Shown here in pieces: positions 47,401-64,000 of a stretch of 64,000 nucleotides of DNA. The stretch covers positions 496,001 to 560,000 of the forward strand of contig CM052831.1 in assembly GCA_028534125.1 (NCBI GenBank), in the 5' to 3' direction. The first letter of the stretch is position 1, and the number at the start of each line of letters is the position of its first letter. The notes under the pieces were generated by a model that was not told the origin of the DNA, ran no database searches, and saw only the letters and a list, made by a program, of their open reading frames with translations. The position numbers were made by a program, and so were the translations under genes. This DNA is from Lama glama (Eukaryota).

Positions 47401-50400
47401 CATCTCGGGGTGGGCAGAGCAGGGAATTCTCACTCCCAGGCGGAGGCCTAGCTGCGCAGCCCCCTGCCTCCGGGCGGCTCGGGCGCGTGCCGGCCTTGGC
47501 CAGCAGCCTGGACGGCCCAGACATCCTCCCCGGTGCCCCAACCCGCCCTCGGCCCAGAGAATGAACCCTTTGTTGGGTCTGGGCTGGACGGACAGCTGAC
47601 CTGGCCGGGCCGAGAGCAGCCTGCCCACAGCAGTTGGCCAGGGCCTCACGGTGCGAGGGGTGCGGGGGCAGCGGCTGGACCAGCCTAGGGCTTGGGCCTC
47701 CAGGGCCAGGGGCTGCCTCCCCTTGGCCTTGGGCAGGGGTCCCTCTGCAGGACCCCTGTCTGCTGTATCCCCAACCTCAGGGGCCTGCTGGCCTGAGGGT
47801 GCAAGGGTGACCCTATTCCCTGGCCTTCTGTGGGGAGGGGCAGGCCCGAGGTGGTGGTAGGCGCATGGCCCACGGTCAGCGCTTTGCCTGGTTCTGGCTG
47901 GGAGAGGCTCCTGGGGCCCAGCCCTTCCCTGGGGCACTGACAGCCCTTGTGCCTCAGCTCAGAATCCTGGAGCCTCCTCTAGGTACGGAGGGGCAGGGAT
48001 GACCCTGGGCGGAGACACAGGCAGGGGCAGAGGGCCTAGGTCAGAGCTGGGCGGGCGTGATGCAGCCTGCCAGGCATGCCCAGGAGGCTGGATGGCTCCA
48101 CTCAAGCCGTCTGGGTGGCACGATGGGCTCTTCATGGCGGATGGACCCGGCTGGGTTTGAGGAGATGGGTGTGGAAAGTTCTGGTGGTCTTGGGGGAGGG
48201 TCTGCAGAGCACAGCCCTGACAGCTGGAGGTCGGGGGAGGATGCTGGGGTTGTGGGAATCTCCTGTGTGTCCTGCGGCCCAGTTGCCCTGGGGTGGGCCG
48301 CCCCAGGTTGGTGGCCCTGAGTGACAGCTGTGAGCAGGCCTGTGGCGTCGGCACGCGAGCTGCGGGCATGTGTCCCACTGTCCTGCCAGCTGCCTGGCCC
48401 GTGCCACCTCCTGGCGGCCTGCTGCACCCTTCCCCCCACTTTTGGAGCAGACCCTGCACCCCTGGGTGCAGCTGGTTTGTTCAGTGCCCTGGGTCCCTCT
48501 GGCAGGTCTTTGCGGGCCTCTGTTTACCTGTCTGTGCGACACAGGTCCTGTGTCCCAAGGACTGGTTGTTCCCAGCCGCTCGGGGTCTGGCTAAGCCTTG
48601 ACGCAGTTGCTCAGAGCATGGTGAGGGGCGTGTCCACTTGCTGGCCTGTGGGCTGTGCCTCCCTGATGCCCCCTTGCTCTCTGCTTTCCAGAAATGGGGA
48701 AGCTCTGTGTGTTTAAGGGCAGGGGCTGCCCAGTGTCTGGCAGGTGGGTGGACAGATGGGTGCATGGCGGATGGACAGCTGGACAAGCGTGCTCCCCGCC
48801 ACAGCTGTTGGGAGCCACCTGTTGTGTCTGTGGTCCCCCAGCCGGCCTGTGAGCTGGGGCGTTCGGCAGCCTGGCTGGCCCGCCTGCCCCTCCCACCTTC
48901 CCCAGGACCCTGGGCTGGCTCTCTGAGCTCCTGTCCCCACCCTCTCAATACCCGCACCCCCGCCCCAGTCCCTGCAATGTTTCCCTCATCCCCTGCTGAG
49001 TGGGGCAGGGGATGTGACGTCCATGCTGCAGCCTGTGCCCTTAGCCCAGACTGGGGAGGGGGTCAGGAGCAGCGCAACGTCGCTCTGGCGGTCAGGGTTG
49101 GGGAGGCTGGGGCCCTGGAGCATCCCAACTCAGCACACGCCCCTCGAGTGCCCCCTGCGCGTGGGGCCAGGAGTATGGTCAGCCCAGTGACAAGGCCCTG
49201 GGGCAGGCCTCCCATCAGGGAGGCGCCTGCAGGGGGAAGAACGTGAAGGGCCCTGACTTGGGTCATTTGAGCTGAGGCTGGATCTGGAGCTCGGGGTCCC
49301 CACTGGTGCCCCTGCCTGTGCCCAGGCCATCCCCTGCCCTCTGGCCTTCCTGTCCCCTACTCCCTGGCTGCAGTCCAGCCTGGTCTCGTTGGGCCTGTGT
49401 GGCTGGCTCTTGGGGGTTGGTGACTGCCATGGGGCTCGGTCCCCGGGAGCCCTCCTTCACGCCCCAGAGCGGCTCTGGTGTGGGAGTGGCGCTGTGCCGA
49501 GGTGAAGGCTGCTCTACGGGGCTGTATCTGGGCCAGGGCCGGGGCTGGGGCCCAGGCAGTGTGGGCGCAGAGGCCGGACTCCTGGCCTCCCCGGCCCTGC
49601 CCTGTGGCCGACGTCCAGCCTGGGCCTGGCCAGTCCGTGGAGCTGACTGTGGGCTCCCCGTGAGAGCAAGGCGGGAGGTTGTGGGGTTGGCGGGGTGCAG
49701 GCTGGGGTCCTGTCCAGGCCCGACCCACAGGTGTGGAGGCTGGGCTGCCGTGGCCCCTCACCCTGCACCCTGCCTCCTTCCTGAGGCCGTGTAGGCCCGG
49801 CCCCGTGGCTGCCTCCCCTGCCCAGTGCCGGACTCAGCTCTTCCGGGTCTGGTTTGACTTAAGCCTGCCTGCCTGGCGGGGAGGCAGCTGAGCGGATGTT
49901 GGGGGTGGCCCGAGGCCCTCAGGAATGCGGCCCTCCCCCTTCCCTCTCTCCCGCAGCCTCTGGCCCAGCCAGCGCCCCACCCTGGCTGGCTGCCCTCTCC
50001 CAGCCCCTCTCGGAGCTGGCCCAGCCTGTGTTCGCCTGGCCCCGCAGTCCCTGGCCAGTCAGACCTGCCCTGTCCTGTCAGCGTAGGGTGCAGAGGAGGG
50101 GTGTGGGCTGAGCCCCCCACCCCGGTGGAGGTGGAGGTAGGCTGGGCGCTCCGTTACAGCCAGAGAAGGGAAGGCCCGCCCATGCCCGGGGAGCCTGCCC
50201 GGCCGCCAAGCTGGGTGGATGCCGCCCCACGAGTCCCATCTCTGGAAAGCCCCCTGGGTCTCTGTTAATTAAATACATTTGTTTGGTAAAAGCAACCAAA
50301 AATACTTGCAGCGTTGTGAGCTGTGGGGAAGGAGAGCTGGCTAATTAGCGCCCGGCTTGTTTGGGGTTTAGAGTACATTGCCATGTAGATGAGACCCCGC

Positions 50401-50894
50401 CCCTGACTTCCAGCCTGTCGGGCCCCACCTGCAGGACCAGCCCCTCACTGCAGCTGCTGCCTGGAGGCTCCCGGCCTCCCTTCTTAGCCGCACTGGGCCT
50501 CTCATGCCTGCTGCGTCCCTGCAGCCTCTTCATGCCCCCTATTCTCTCTGCACAAATAGCCCTTCCTCTGGGATGCCTAGCCTGGCCCCAGGGAAGCTGG
50601 GGCCCCTGCCCAGGGCTCCCGCCGCCTTTGCCCTGGGTGTGGCTGTGCAGCTTGCCATGTTGCTGGGCCGCGGTTTGCCCCAGCCCCGGGAGACCCCCAC
50701 CCCTGGGCTGTGGCCTTGGTCGCCTGGTGGATGGGTTGGACCAGGACCAGGCTACTGGGCTGCAGCTGATCCTGCACCGGCTCCCTGGGGGCAGTGGGTG
50801 CCTCGGCATTGTTCTTCAAGGGCTGGGGGGTGGCTGGGGGTGGGCACCAGGCCCCAGCCCTTAGCTTGGAACGGGCTGGGGCAGGAGGCACTGA

Positions 50895-51266
<372 letters not shown>

Positions 51267-51638
51267 TAGGGTGCATCTGGGGCCCTGAGGCCTCAGGCTG
51301 TGGTCAAGCTGGTCAAGGCCGTGCACCACATCCTAGTCCAGGCTGTGGAGCCAGCCGTAGCCACCCTGGTGTCCCCCTGGCTGGCTGGAGATGGGCAGAG
51401 CAGGGGGCCAGGACCTTCTTCTTTGTCCCTTTCCTGCTGTCGGGTTTTTCCACCTCTTAGTGCGTCAGAGCCAAGCCGGTGAGATTGGGGTAAGCAGGGC
51501 TCTGTCTGCCTCTGGACTTAGGGTTGGGGTCAGAGAGCATGTGGCCTTCTTGGGAAGCTCAGGTGCAGACAGCGAGAGGGACTCTGGACGGAGCTGTGGG
51601 TTCTCTCTGTGCAGTGCTCTGTGCTGATGTGCTGCTGA

Positions 51639-51893
<255 letters not shown>

Positions 51894-51965
51894 TGAGTCT
51901 GCTAGGGGCGGCGAGGGTGGGAGGGCCCCAGGCCAGGCAGCCCTGCTGGGTTTCCTGGGACCTGA

Positions 51966-52453
<488 letters not shown>

Positions 52454-52567
52454 GTGAGGCTGTGGGCGGAGTGCCTGGGGGCCCTCCTGTCGGGCAGGGG
52501 GTGGTAGACGGTCATTGGGACAGTGAACGGGCATCACATGGTGATGGGCTCTGTGCTGCTGGTGCAG

Positions 52568-52667
52568 GAGACCAGCGGGTAGTCAAGCTCTACCTGAAGT
52601 CCAAGGAGACCGGCAAGAAGTTTGCATCCGTGGACTTCGTCTTCTACAACTGCAGTGTCCACCAGTC
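52568..52667 (+). CDS. PLXNA1: PLXNA1 exon 8: [33 protein letters not shown]
   Basis: gtgcag|GA ... TC|gtgagt; 100 nt, phase 1/2. Confidence 0.94.
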
Positions 52668-53489
52668 GTGAGTGTCCCTGGCCACCTGCACACGTCCCCT
52701 GGGGCAGCACAGCCTGGCGTTCAGAGTGGGAGGAGCCAGCAAGGGCAGGGCCTCCCCAGGGAGACGGGAGGGGCCTGGGGCCCAGTGGTCAGTGGGGCAG
52801 CAGGGGTGTGATGTGTGCTGATTCACATGAGAAGAGTCTCTCCAGCCACCTTGTGAGCAGGGGCAGGCAGCTTGTGGGCAGGCTGCTGCGCTGTCCAGGC
52901 CGGAGATGGCCAGCCAGGGGTCGGGCACTCGGCCCCTGCCGCTCTGGGGCAGGAGGGCCAGGTCCTCTGGTTGGGTGGCCCCTGGAGCACAGAGAGCTGG
53001 GCGGGGGAGCGCTCCCTGGGTCTCCCGTCTCCTGCAAGCACGCCAGCCTCAGAGGAAGAGCAGAAGCAGAGGACCCACTGTGCATCCCATAGGGCCCGGG
53101 GCACTGGGTGCAGAGGGAGTCCCCTGACCTGGAGGTGCCCAGCCTGGAGGGTCAACCTCAGAACCAAGGAGTCTGGTTTCTTGAAGACAGGAAGTCATGT
53201 CTTCATTTGGTGACCGATTTGCAGACCGATGCCCGCCTGGCTCTCTGTGGGGTGCCCAGTGTGGGCCTGGGTGTCATGACCCCAGGGCCCGGCCTCCCCG
53301 GGTAGGGGCTGGGACCCCGGGGCAGGGAGCGTGCTCTGAGGCTTGGGGGACTGCTGGTCTCTGTAGAGGCGGGGTAGCGGCAGGTGACACGGAGCCACAG
53401 GGATGATGAGACGGGGGTGTGCAGGAACGAATCAGACAGGCTCCTGCCGGGCGAGCCTGTGTTCTGGTTGGGGAGGTGCTGTCTACCAC

Positions 53490-53648
53490 AGCTGTCCAGC
53501 CCCAGCCACTGCTGGCCACCTACCTTTACATCTTAGTTTATCAGGACCAGGTGGGATTTAAAACACACTTCTCAGCTGCGCTAACAAAGTTCCAATGCTG
53601 ATGGTCACACATGACCTGGTGTGGCTGGTGGTCACTGCACTGGACAGT
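53490..53648. mobile_element. MER3/MER33-like hAT-Charlie DNA transposon relic
   Basis: Inverted ends ctgtccag (53492) and ctggacag (53640). The internal ttctcagctgcgctaac...tgtggctggtggtcactgcactggacag resembles MER3. Confidence 0.45.
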
Positions 53649-53844
53649 CTTGTCTTTAGACACGTGCATCCTTGGAAGGTTCTGTTGGTCGGTGCTGGGG
53701 TGGACTGTCAGGTGGGGAGCAACAGTGGGTGGCAGGTAGATTGGCTGTCAGGAGGCCTGAGCAGCGAGGAGCGATCTGTGCAAAGGCCCTGGGGCAGCTC
53801 CGTGAACAGCAGCAGGCATGTGGCCCTGGGGAGGCACAGGCTGA

Positions 53845-54243
<399 letters not shown>

Positions 54244-56240
54244 TGATGTGCAGGTCATTCCTGGAATCGCTTGCAGGGCTGTGTGGTAATTGGTGGTAAT
54301 TAGGTGGTAACTGGAGCCGGGAAGGCAGTGACTGTCATGAGCAGTGGTGGTGAGAACCAGGCCGAGGGGGGCCCTGTCCCCATGTCCCACTCTCAGTGTG
54401 GGGCCTTGGACCTCGACTTTGCAGTGGACACCACGCCCATTGGCTGCTTGGGGTGGGCAGGTGTGAGTCCCACTGGCCACATAGCCTTGAAGGCAGCAGC
54501 TAGGCTGGACTCCCCCAGGGCCAAGGGGCACAGCCAGCATGGGCCCCCTGTGCTGTGGCCACCCCCACCGTCTCCCCCTGGGCCTTGGTTTTCTCCCTCC
54601 CTGGTGACGTGATGGCAGTGGGGCGTGGGCCGAGAACAGATGGGACCGCAGGCATTGGGGGTCGCAGTGTCTGTGACCATGGGTGGTGTGGGAGCCGGGA
54701 ATACCGGCGTGGGCAGCTGACCCGACAGCTGGTGGGCTAGTGAGGAGGTGGGTGTGCCGTCACTGCAGGACTGCCCCAGGTGAGGCAGTGGCTCTGGTGG
54801 ATGCCAAGAGCCCAGGTGCCAGCAGAGCGTTCCTGACGGGTGGGGGCCTGTCACCAGCCATCTCTGCCCCTTCCCCACCTGAGCTGCTCCAACAGAGGAA
54901 AGCACCCTGGGGTTAGCAGCCCGGTGGGGACCTCAGGGAGGCCGTCTGGGGCCGTCACAGCCCGGGACGTGGAGGAGCAGGTGGAGTGCCCCTGCAGAAG
55001 TTTGCCAGGGCAGGGCTGGGCTAGGGGCGGCCGGGGTCGAGGGATCAGACTGACTTCACAGATGCGCCCTCCTCTGCTGCAGCCCCCGTTTGCATGGGGA
55101 CGTCCCTAAGGAGTGTGATGTCTCCAGGGAGCCCTCCCTGCCCCTGCCTGTCTCTGGTTCTGGTTTGGTTCCCCTGGGGCCATGCTCACACCGCAGGGTC
55201 TCAGTCCCAGTCCCAGTGTCACCTTGCGTCCCACCCAAGAAGGGATGAAGTTCTGGTGCTCCCGTGTCTGCTCGGTTGTCTCGGGCTGGGGAGACCAGAG
55301 TATGTTGGGCGTGCGGTATTGGGAGGCAGCTGGTGCCAGGTGGGCGGCCTGGCAGCGGTCCGGCCTGGAGTGCCCCTGAGCACAGCCCGCCCTGGGAGCT
55401 GGAACTTTCTGCCTCAGTCCGGCCTCCCCAAGAACAGGGGGAGGGGCCCCTGGGAGTGGAGGGTTTTCGTCCAGACTCTTTTTTGGTCTGTGTGAGAACA
55501 GAGTCAGGTTGAGAGAACAAAAGTGTAAGTGAAATTATCAGAACAGAGTTGTGGACCTGCATGGGTGAGTGCAGGGGGCCGGGCCCCCAGGGAGGGGCCT
55601 CTGTGTCCATACTGCTCATCTTTTCCCGGCTGCAGCTCAGCTGGGTCTCAGGCCACTCGAGGGGGGGGGGTCAAAGCCAGGCCTGAGCTGAGCCCTCTCT
55701 CCAGCCGGGGTCACAAGGTGCTGTGGCATGATGGGGGCACGGAACCTGTGCCCCGAGACCCACAGGGGACAGGTGATGGCGCTCACCTCTGGGCAGAGAG
55801 GTGGTGTCAGTGTGGAGGGAAGGTGTGAGGTCAGGGGGCAGTGGCAGCAGGGCCCTGGTGGCCAGGATGAGCCGGGGCTGCCGAGGAACCGGGGGTCAGC
55901 CAAGGGCTGGGGGCAGCAGGAGGGTCCCTGGACTTGGGGCTGGCCTGGGCGCCTTTCCAGAGGTTGGGGCCGTGCTGGTGTCAGTGTGGCCACCATGCAC
56001 ACTGATGACTCCCGCCGGGGCTGCAGCCTGAGCACAGCTCCGAACGCAGCCCGAGTGCCGGCCGATGCCCGTGTCCACGTGGCCATCGCCTGCCTCTCGC
56101 TGGTGGAGACGGGGCACCTGCAGACCCAGCGGTCAGTGATCAGCCTCCCTGGCCTGCCCTGCCAGCTCTGCTGCCCCAGTGCCCTCAGGGGCCCTGAAAA
56201 CCCCTGCAGAGCAGGCCCACTGCCTCGGGAGCAGCTCTGA

Positions 56241-57521
<1,281 letters not shown>

Positions 57522-58698
57522 TGAGGCCAGCTGAGTCCTGCTCACCCGCAGGCCTTGGTCTCCCCATCTGTTCAGGAGAGCAGTGGATTTCCTGGAGCTG
57601 GCCAAGGCCCCGCATGGTGGGTGGGTGACTCTGGGCCGTCCGTATGGTCCCTTGGAGCCCTGGGGAGGGGTTTGAGGTCAGAGGTCTGGCTAGATTCTGT
57701 TGGTGGTGGCCCCTTGGCTGACCTGCTCTGGCAGGGTGGGCTGGAGACCAAGGGTCACCACAGGCTCTCAGGGCAGGTCTGCCGCTTGGCGGGGCCCTAG
57801 AGTTCCCCAAGCCTTCCTGCCTGTCCAGCCCTGTTTTCCCTCCTCTTCACTCACTGCCTCCTGCTGGCCACACCCTCCACCCACATCTCCCTCTGGCTCC
57901 CCTAGCCTGGCTGTCTCCACCTCTTCTTCCTTTTTTGCATCCCTAAGGCCGTCTATCCGTCTCTCTACATTTCTCCCCCTCCCTGAGCCTGTCACCTCTG
58001 TCCCCGCAGTCCCCCCACACACCCCCCCAGACCCACATTTATCTTTCCTGCAGATCCTTGTAAAGGGAAAAGGGAGTATCAGGGAATTTGATAGGATCCA
58101 ATTAAATTCCTGTAGATAAGACGGTGATGAATTACTCTGGAATGGACCGCAGGTCTTCAGCTGCAGAAAGTGGGACACAGCTGGGCACCCAGGCCTGGGC
58201 CCCCGGGGGAGGGCCGTGTCCCTGAACCCAGCCCAGCCTGGGGGTGAGGGGCAGTCAGGGCATGGGGGGCGCATGTCTCCCACCTCAGGGCAGACCTGGA
58301 GGTGGGATTATTGAGCCTGTTTGGATTTGAGGAAAGGGAGGTTCACAGAGCGTCCCTGACGTGTGTCCAAGGGGTGCAGTGGGAGTCCTGGTCTCCTGGT
58401 GGGGCCGCCTGCAGTGGGCGGGTGGGTGGGTGGGCTTCACCCTGGAGGGCAGGGCCGTGGCCACCAGGAAGGAAGCGTGTGCGCGCGAGCGTGGATAGCA
58501 GGCTCTGGTCGTGGCAGCAGATGCTTGGTCCCTTAAGCTGGCCTGCAGGCGGGTGGCTCTGGGCATTCGCTCCAGATTGTAAATGCCAGTCTCGCGAGGC
58601 AGAGCCCCCAGACCCCCCCAGCGGCCAGGCCCGGAAGTGGCCAAGGAGGACACCAGGCCCTGAGGTGCTGCCCCGGGCTGGGCCGCCTTGTGGCCTGA

Positions 58699-59317
<619 letters not shown>

Positions 59318-59398
59318 TGAGTGCGCGGGCGGGGCGGGGCGGGACCACTGGAGGGGCGGGGCTGCAGGGGGCGGGGCCGGCCCGGATGCCCGCGCTGA

Positions 59399-59725
<327 letters not shown>

Positions 59726-59828
59726 TGAGACCCTGTGAGCACAGGCCTGGGCCAGCTGGGGAGCTTGCGGGGGCAGGGACACCGGTGTTTCCCTGGAGCT
59801 CCAGCCACCCAGTCCTTCCTTCCCCTAG

Positions 59829-60236
<408 letters not shown>

Positions 60237-61035
60237 TAAGAAGCATTTAAAAAATTTTAAGAGAGAAAAAGGAAATTTTAACAAAAGCCGGGAGCCCTGA
60301 AGTGGATAATTTTAGATTAGGGATGATAATGGAGCAGGCCTTTAAATATTTTCCTGCGGTAATTACCCGTTATCAGACTAATTATTGGTGTTTGCAGCCT
60401 GCCGCGAGTGGGCCTGGCGGCTGCGGGGCCTCCCAACTGTGATGTAGAAACTGGAGGGACGGAGACCCAGGTGCAGGTGGTGACCGGCTGGCTGCCCTGT
60501 GGGGTGAGCCAGCATCCCCAGCCCCAGCCAGCTCACAGCCCAGGTCCGGGATTAGCCCATTTTGAGGTCAGGGTTAAGGTTAGGGCCACGTGTGGGTGAC
60601 TCAGTGTCGCAGGAGCTGGTGCTCACTGTGGTGCTGTGGCACCCGAGGACGCTGAAGCTCTGTCCTGCCAGCTGTCCCCTGGGACTAACAGGGCTGCTGC
60701 AGGGCTGCACGGAGACCTGGCCCGTCTGGCCTTTTGCATGTCAGGGCACGGACAGGTTTGCCCACTGACGCTGTGAGCAGGCAGAGTCGGGGTGGGGTCA
60801 CCAGGAGAGTGAGCTCTGGAGGTAGGACCTGCCCCTCAGTGGGTGACCCCTGGGTGCCCAGCAGGGCAGTGTGCAGGGAGGGGCCAGGCTGGGGTCCAGG
60901 TGGGTACCGACACACACTCAGCCCCTCGGAGGAGATGATGGGAAAGGGGGCCCTAACAGTCGTCAGCCACCTGGAGGCAGGTCCAGGCAGGTGAGCTCTA
61001 GCACCACGTCCTCACTGTCCCCCCGGCCTCTCCAG

Positions 61036-61203
61036 GAGGAACTCCCGGGAGATCCGGTGCCTGACGCCGCCCGGGCAGAGCCCCGGCAGTGCCTCTATCG
61101 TCATCAACATCAACCGTGCTCAGCTCACCAACCCCGAGGTCAAGTACAACTACACCGAGGACCCCACCATCCTGAGGATTGACCCCGAGTGGAGCATCAA
61201 CAG
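61036..61203 (+). CDS. PLXNA1: PLXNA1 exon 16: [56 protein letters not shown]
   Basis: ctccag|G ... AG|gtgggg; 168 nt, phase 2/2. Confidence 0.95.
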
Positions 61204-61548
61204 GTGGGGCACCTGGCTGGGCCCCCAACCCCCACGACCCCCCATCCACCTGGCCTGAGCCCCACAACCCTCGGCCCAGGTGTCCAAGCACCACAACCCC
61301 CATCCCCTCTGCCCTGAGCCCCATGACCCCATCCCAGGTGGCCGAGGACCTGCAGCAAGCACAGGGCTGCTGCACAGGCTCTCCTCCCCTTTATGTGGTT
61401 CTGCCACCAGTCGTGGTGCCGAGAGATCTTAGCCTGCCTGCCATCTCTCGGAGGAGCAGGGTGGTGTGTCTGGCCCCTCCGTCTGTGCTGGGCCAGGGCA
61501 CAAGGGCCCAGAACTTCAACCCGTGACTCCCAGCTCCCCCGTCTTTAG

Positions 61549-61642
61549 TGGAGGGACGCTCCTAACAGTCACAGGCACCAACCTGGCCACTGTCCGCGAA
61601 CCTCGCATCCGGGCCAAGTACGGAGGCGTCGAGAGAGAGAAC
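61549..61642 (+). CDS. PLXNA1: PLXNA1 exon 17: [31 protein letters not shown]
   Basis: ctttag|T ... AAC|gtgagt; 94 nt, phase 2/0. Confidence 0.95.
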
Positions 61643-61646
61643 GTGA

Positions 61647-62924
<1,278 letters not shown>

Positions 62925-64000
62925 TGACGGGTGCACCGCCCTTCCACGCCTCAGGCTTTTTTTCTGTAGAATGAACACGGGGTGGTGCCTGTCGCCCAGG
63001 TGCTTGGGTGGTGACCCAGACAGTCCGTGCGGAGCGTGCTGGCCTAGGTGTTCCCCTGGCGGTCTGCGAGGCACCGAGGCGGGAGCCCTGTTTTCAGCTT
63101 CTTGGCGCGCAGACCTGGGTCTGGGCTGCCCCTGTTCTCAGAGTGCTTGTCCTCCTGAGATGGGGCGTGTCTGCCCGAGCCTGGGGGATGAGTGGCAGAC
63201 ATTAGCTCAGGCGACTTCGGCAGGGACACCCTCTGTGGGCTTCCGTGCAGGGGAGTCCAGGGCACAGTCCATCCTCAGGAGTCCCTGCTGGTGGTGACAG
63301 GATGGCCCCGGTAGGCAGGCTTAGCGTCCCCACACCTGGTCATGTGCACCTTCCCCCCAAGCTTGGTACCCGCAGCCCCCAACTGAAAGGGGTGGGCCCC
63401 CCCAGGGCAGGTGGGTCAGCCCAGCGGGCGGGAAGGCCTCCGGCAGATGGGGGGCTGCAGACGTGGAAATCTGACGGTGGACTGGGTGATGGCCTTCATC
63501 TGGAACAGCAGGCGTCCCGTGGGAGACCAGCGTGCCCAAGGCCCGGGCTTGTTCCTCTAGCAGTCAATACCACTCCTGCCAGTGCCGAGCCCTGAGGTGG
63601 GGGCTGTGGGGGCTTTGGTGGCCAGAGCCTCATGGGGGTGTGGGCTGCGGGCAGCAGCCTGGCCAGCGTGCAGTGGTGCCTCAGGGCCGGGTGTCCCCGG
63701 CCAGCCAGGGCAGTCCCCTGTCCTTGAGCCACCACTCGCTTGTGCCTCTCGGGTCTGGGCTGTCACGCGGGGTGAGTGCAGCAGAGTGACACGAATGGTG
63801 ACTGGCGGTCCTGGATGTTTCGGGTGCTGGGAGGGACCTTGAGTGTCTCGCAGGTGCTAAGGAGCAGACTCCGGCAGGTCTGGGAGGCAGATGGCAGGAG
63901 TCTCCTGGTCTGGGGATACAGACTGCAGACGGAGCTGGGCCGTGGATGGGTTGGAAGCCCTGCAGGGGGTCTGCTCCCTTAGAGGCCTGCTGCTGGGTGG

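Overview
GC-rich placental-mammal genomic DNA carrying two + strand genes in tandem, in the CHCHD6-PLXNA1 order known from human. (1) The 3' end of CHCHD6/MIC25, a MICOS subunit: three exons at 4259-4329, 20072-20207 (twin CX9C CHCH domain) and 21580-~21770 (Gly-stop, AATAAA at 21743). (2) The 5' part of PLXNA1 (plexin-A1): a CpG-island promoter at ~32.7-34.6 kb, a first exon ending at 33746, and 19 coding exons from 38087 to 62724. These encode the signal peptide, Sema domain, PSI/IPT domains, transmembrane helix and juxtamembrane region; the cytoplasmic GAP exons lie beyond the window. All junctions are GT-AG with consistent phases. A 140-N gap in exon 2 matches the expected missing 47 codons. 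The rest is degenerate ancient repeats (L1M/L2/MIR/MLT1/MER3-like, identified by eye), TG/CA-rich arrays and short AT-rich islands dense in homeodomain motifs. No rRNA, tRNA, CRISPR or young SINE was recognised. Most ORFs in the supplied track are GC-content artefacts. The best leads are all hypotheses. The CHCHD6 last exon and PLXNA1 exon 2 both open with cag|GGCTGA, so a read-through splice would give intact MIC25 followed by the plexin ORF. That same TGA ends a spliced uORF from PLXNA1 exon 1. There is also a possible TATA-driven, uORF-free alternative first exon, a candidate poison exon and two stop-free in-frame introns. Exon numbers follow my recollection of the human genes.
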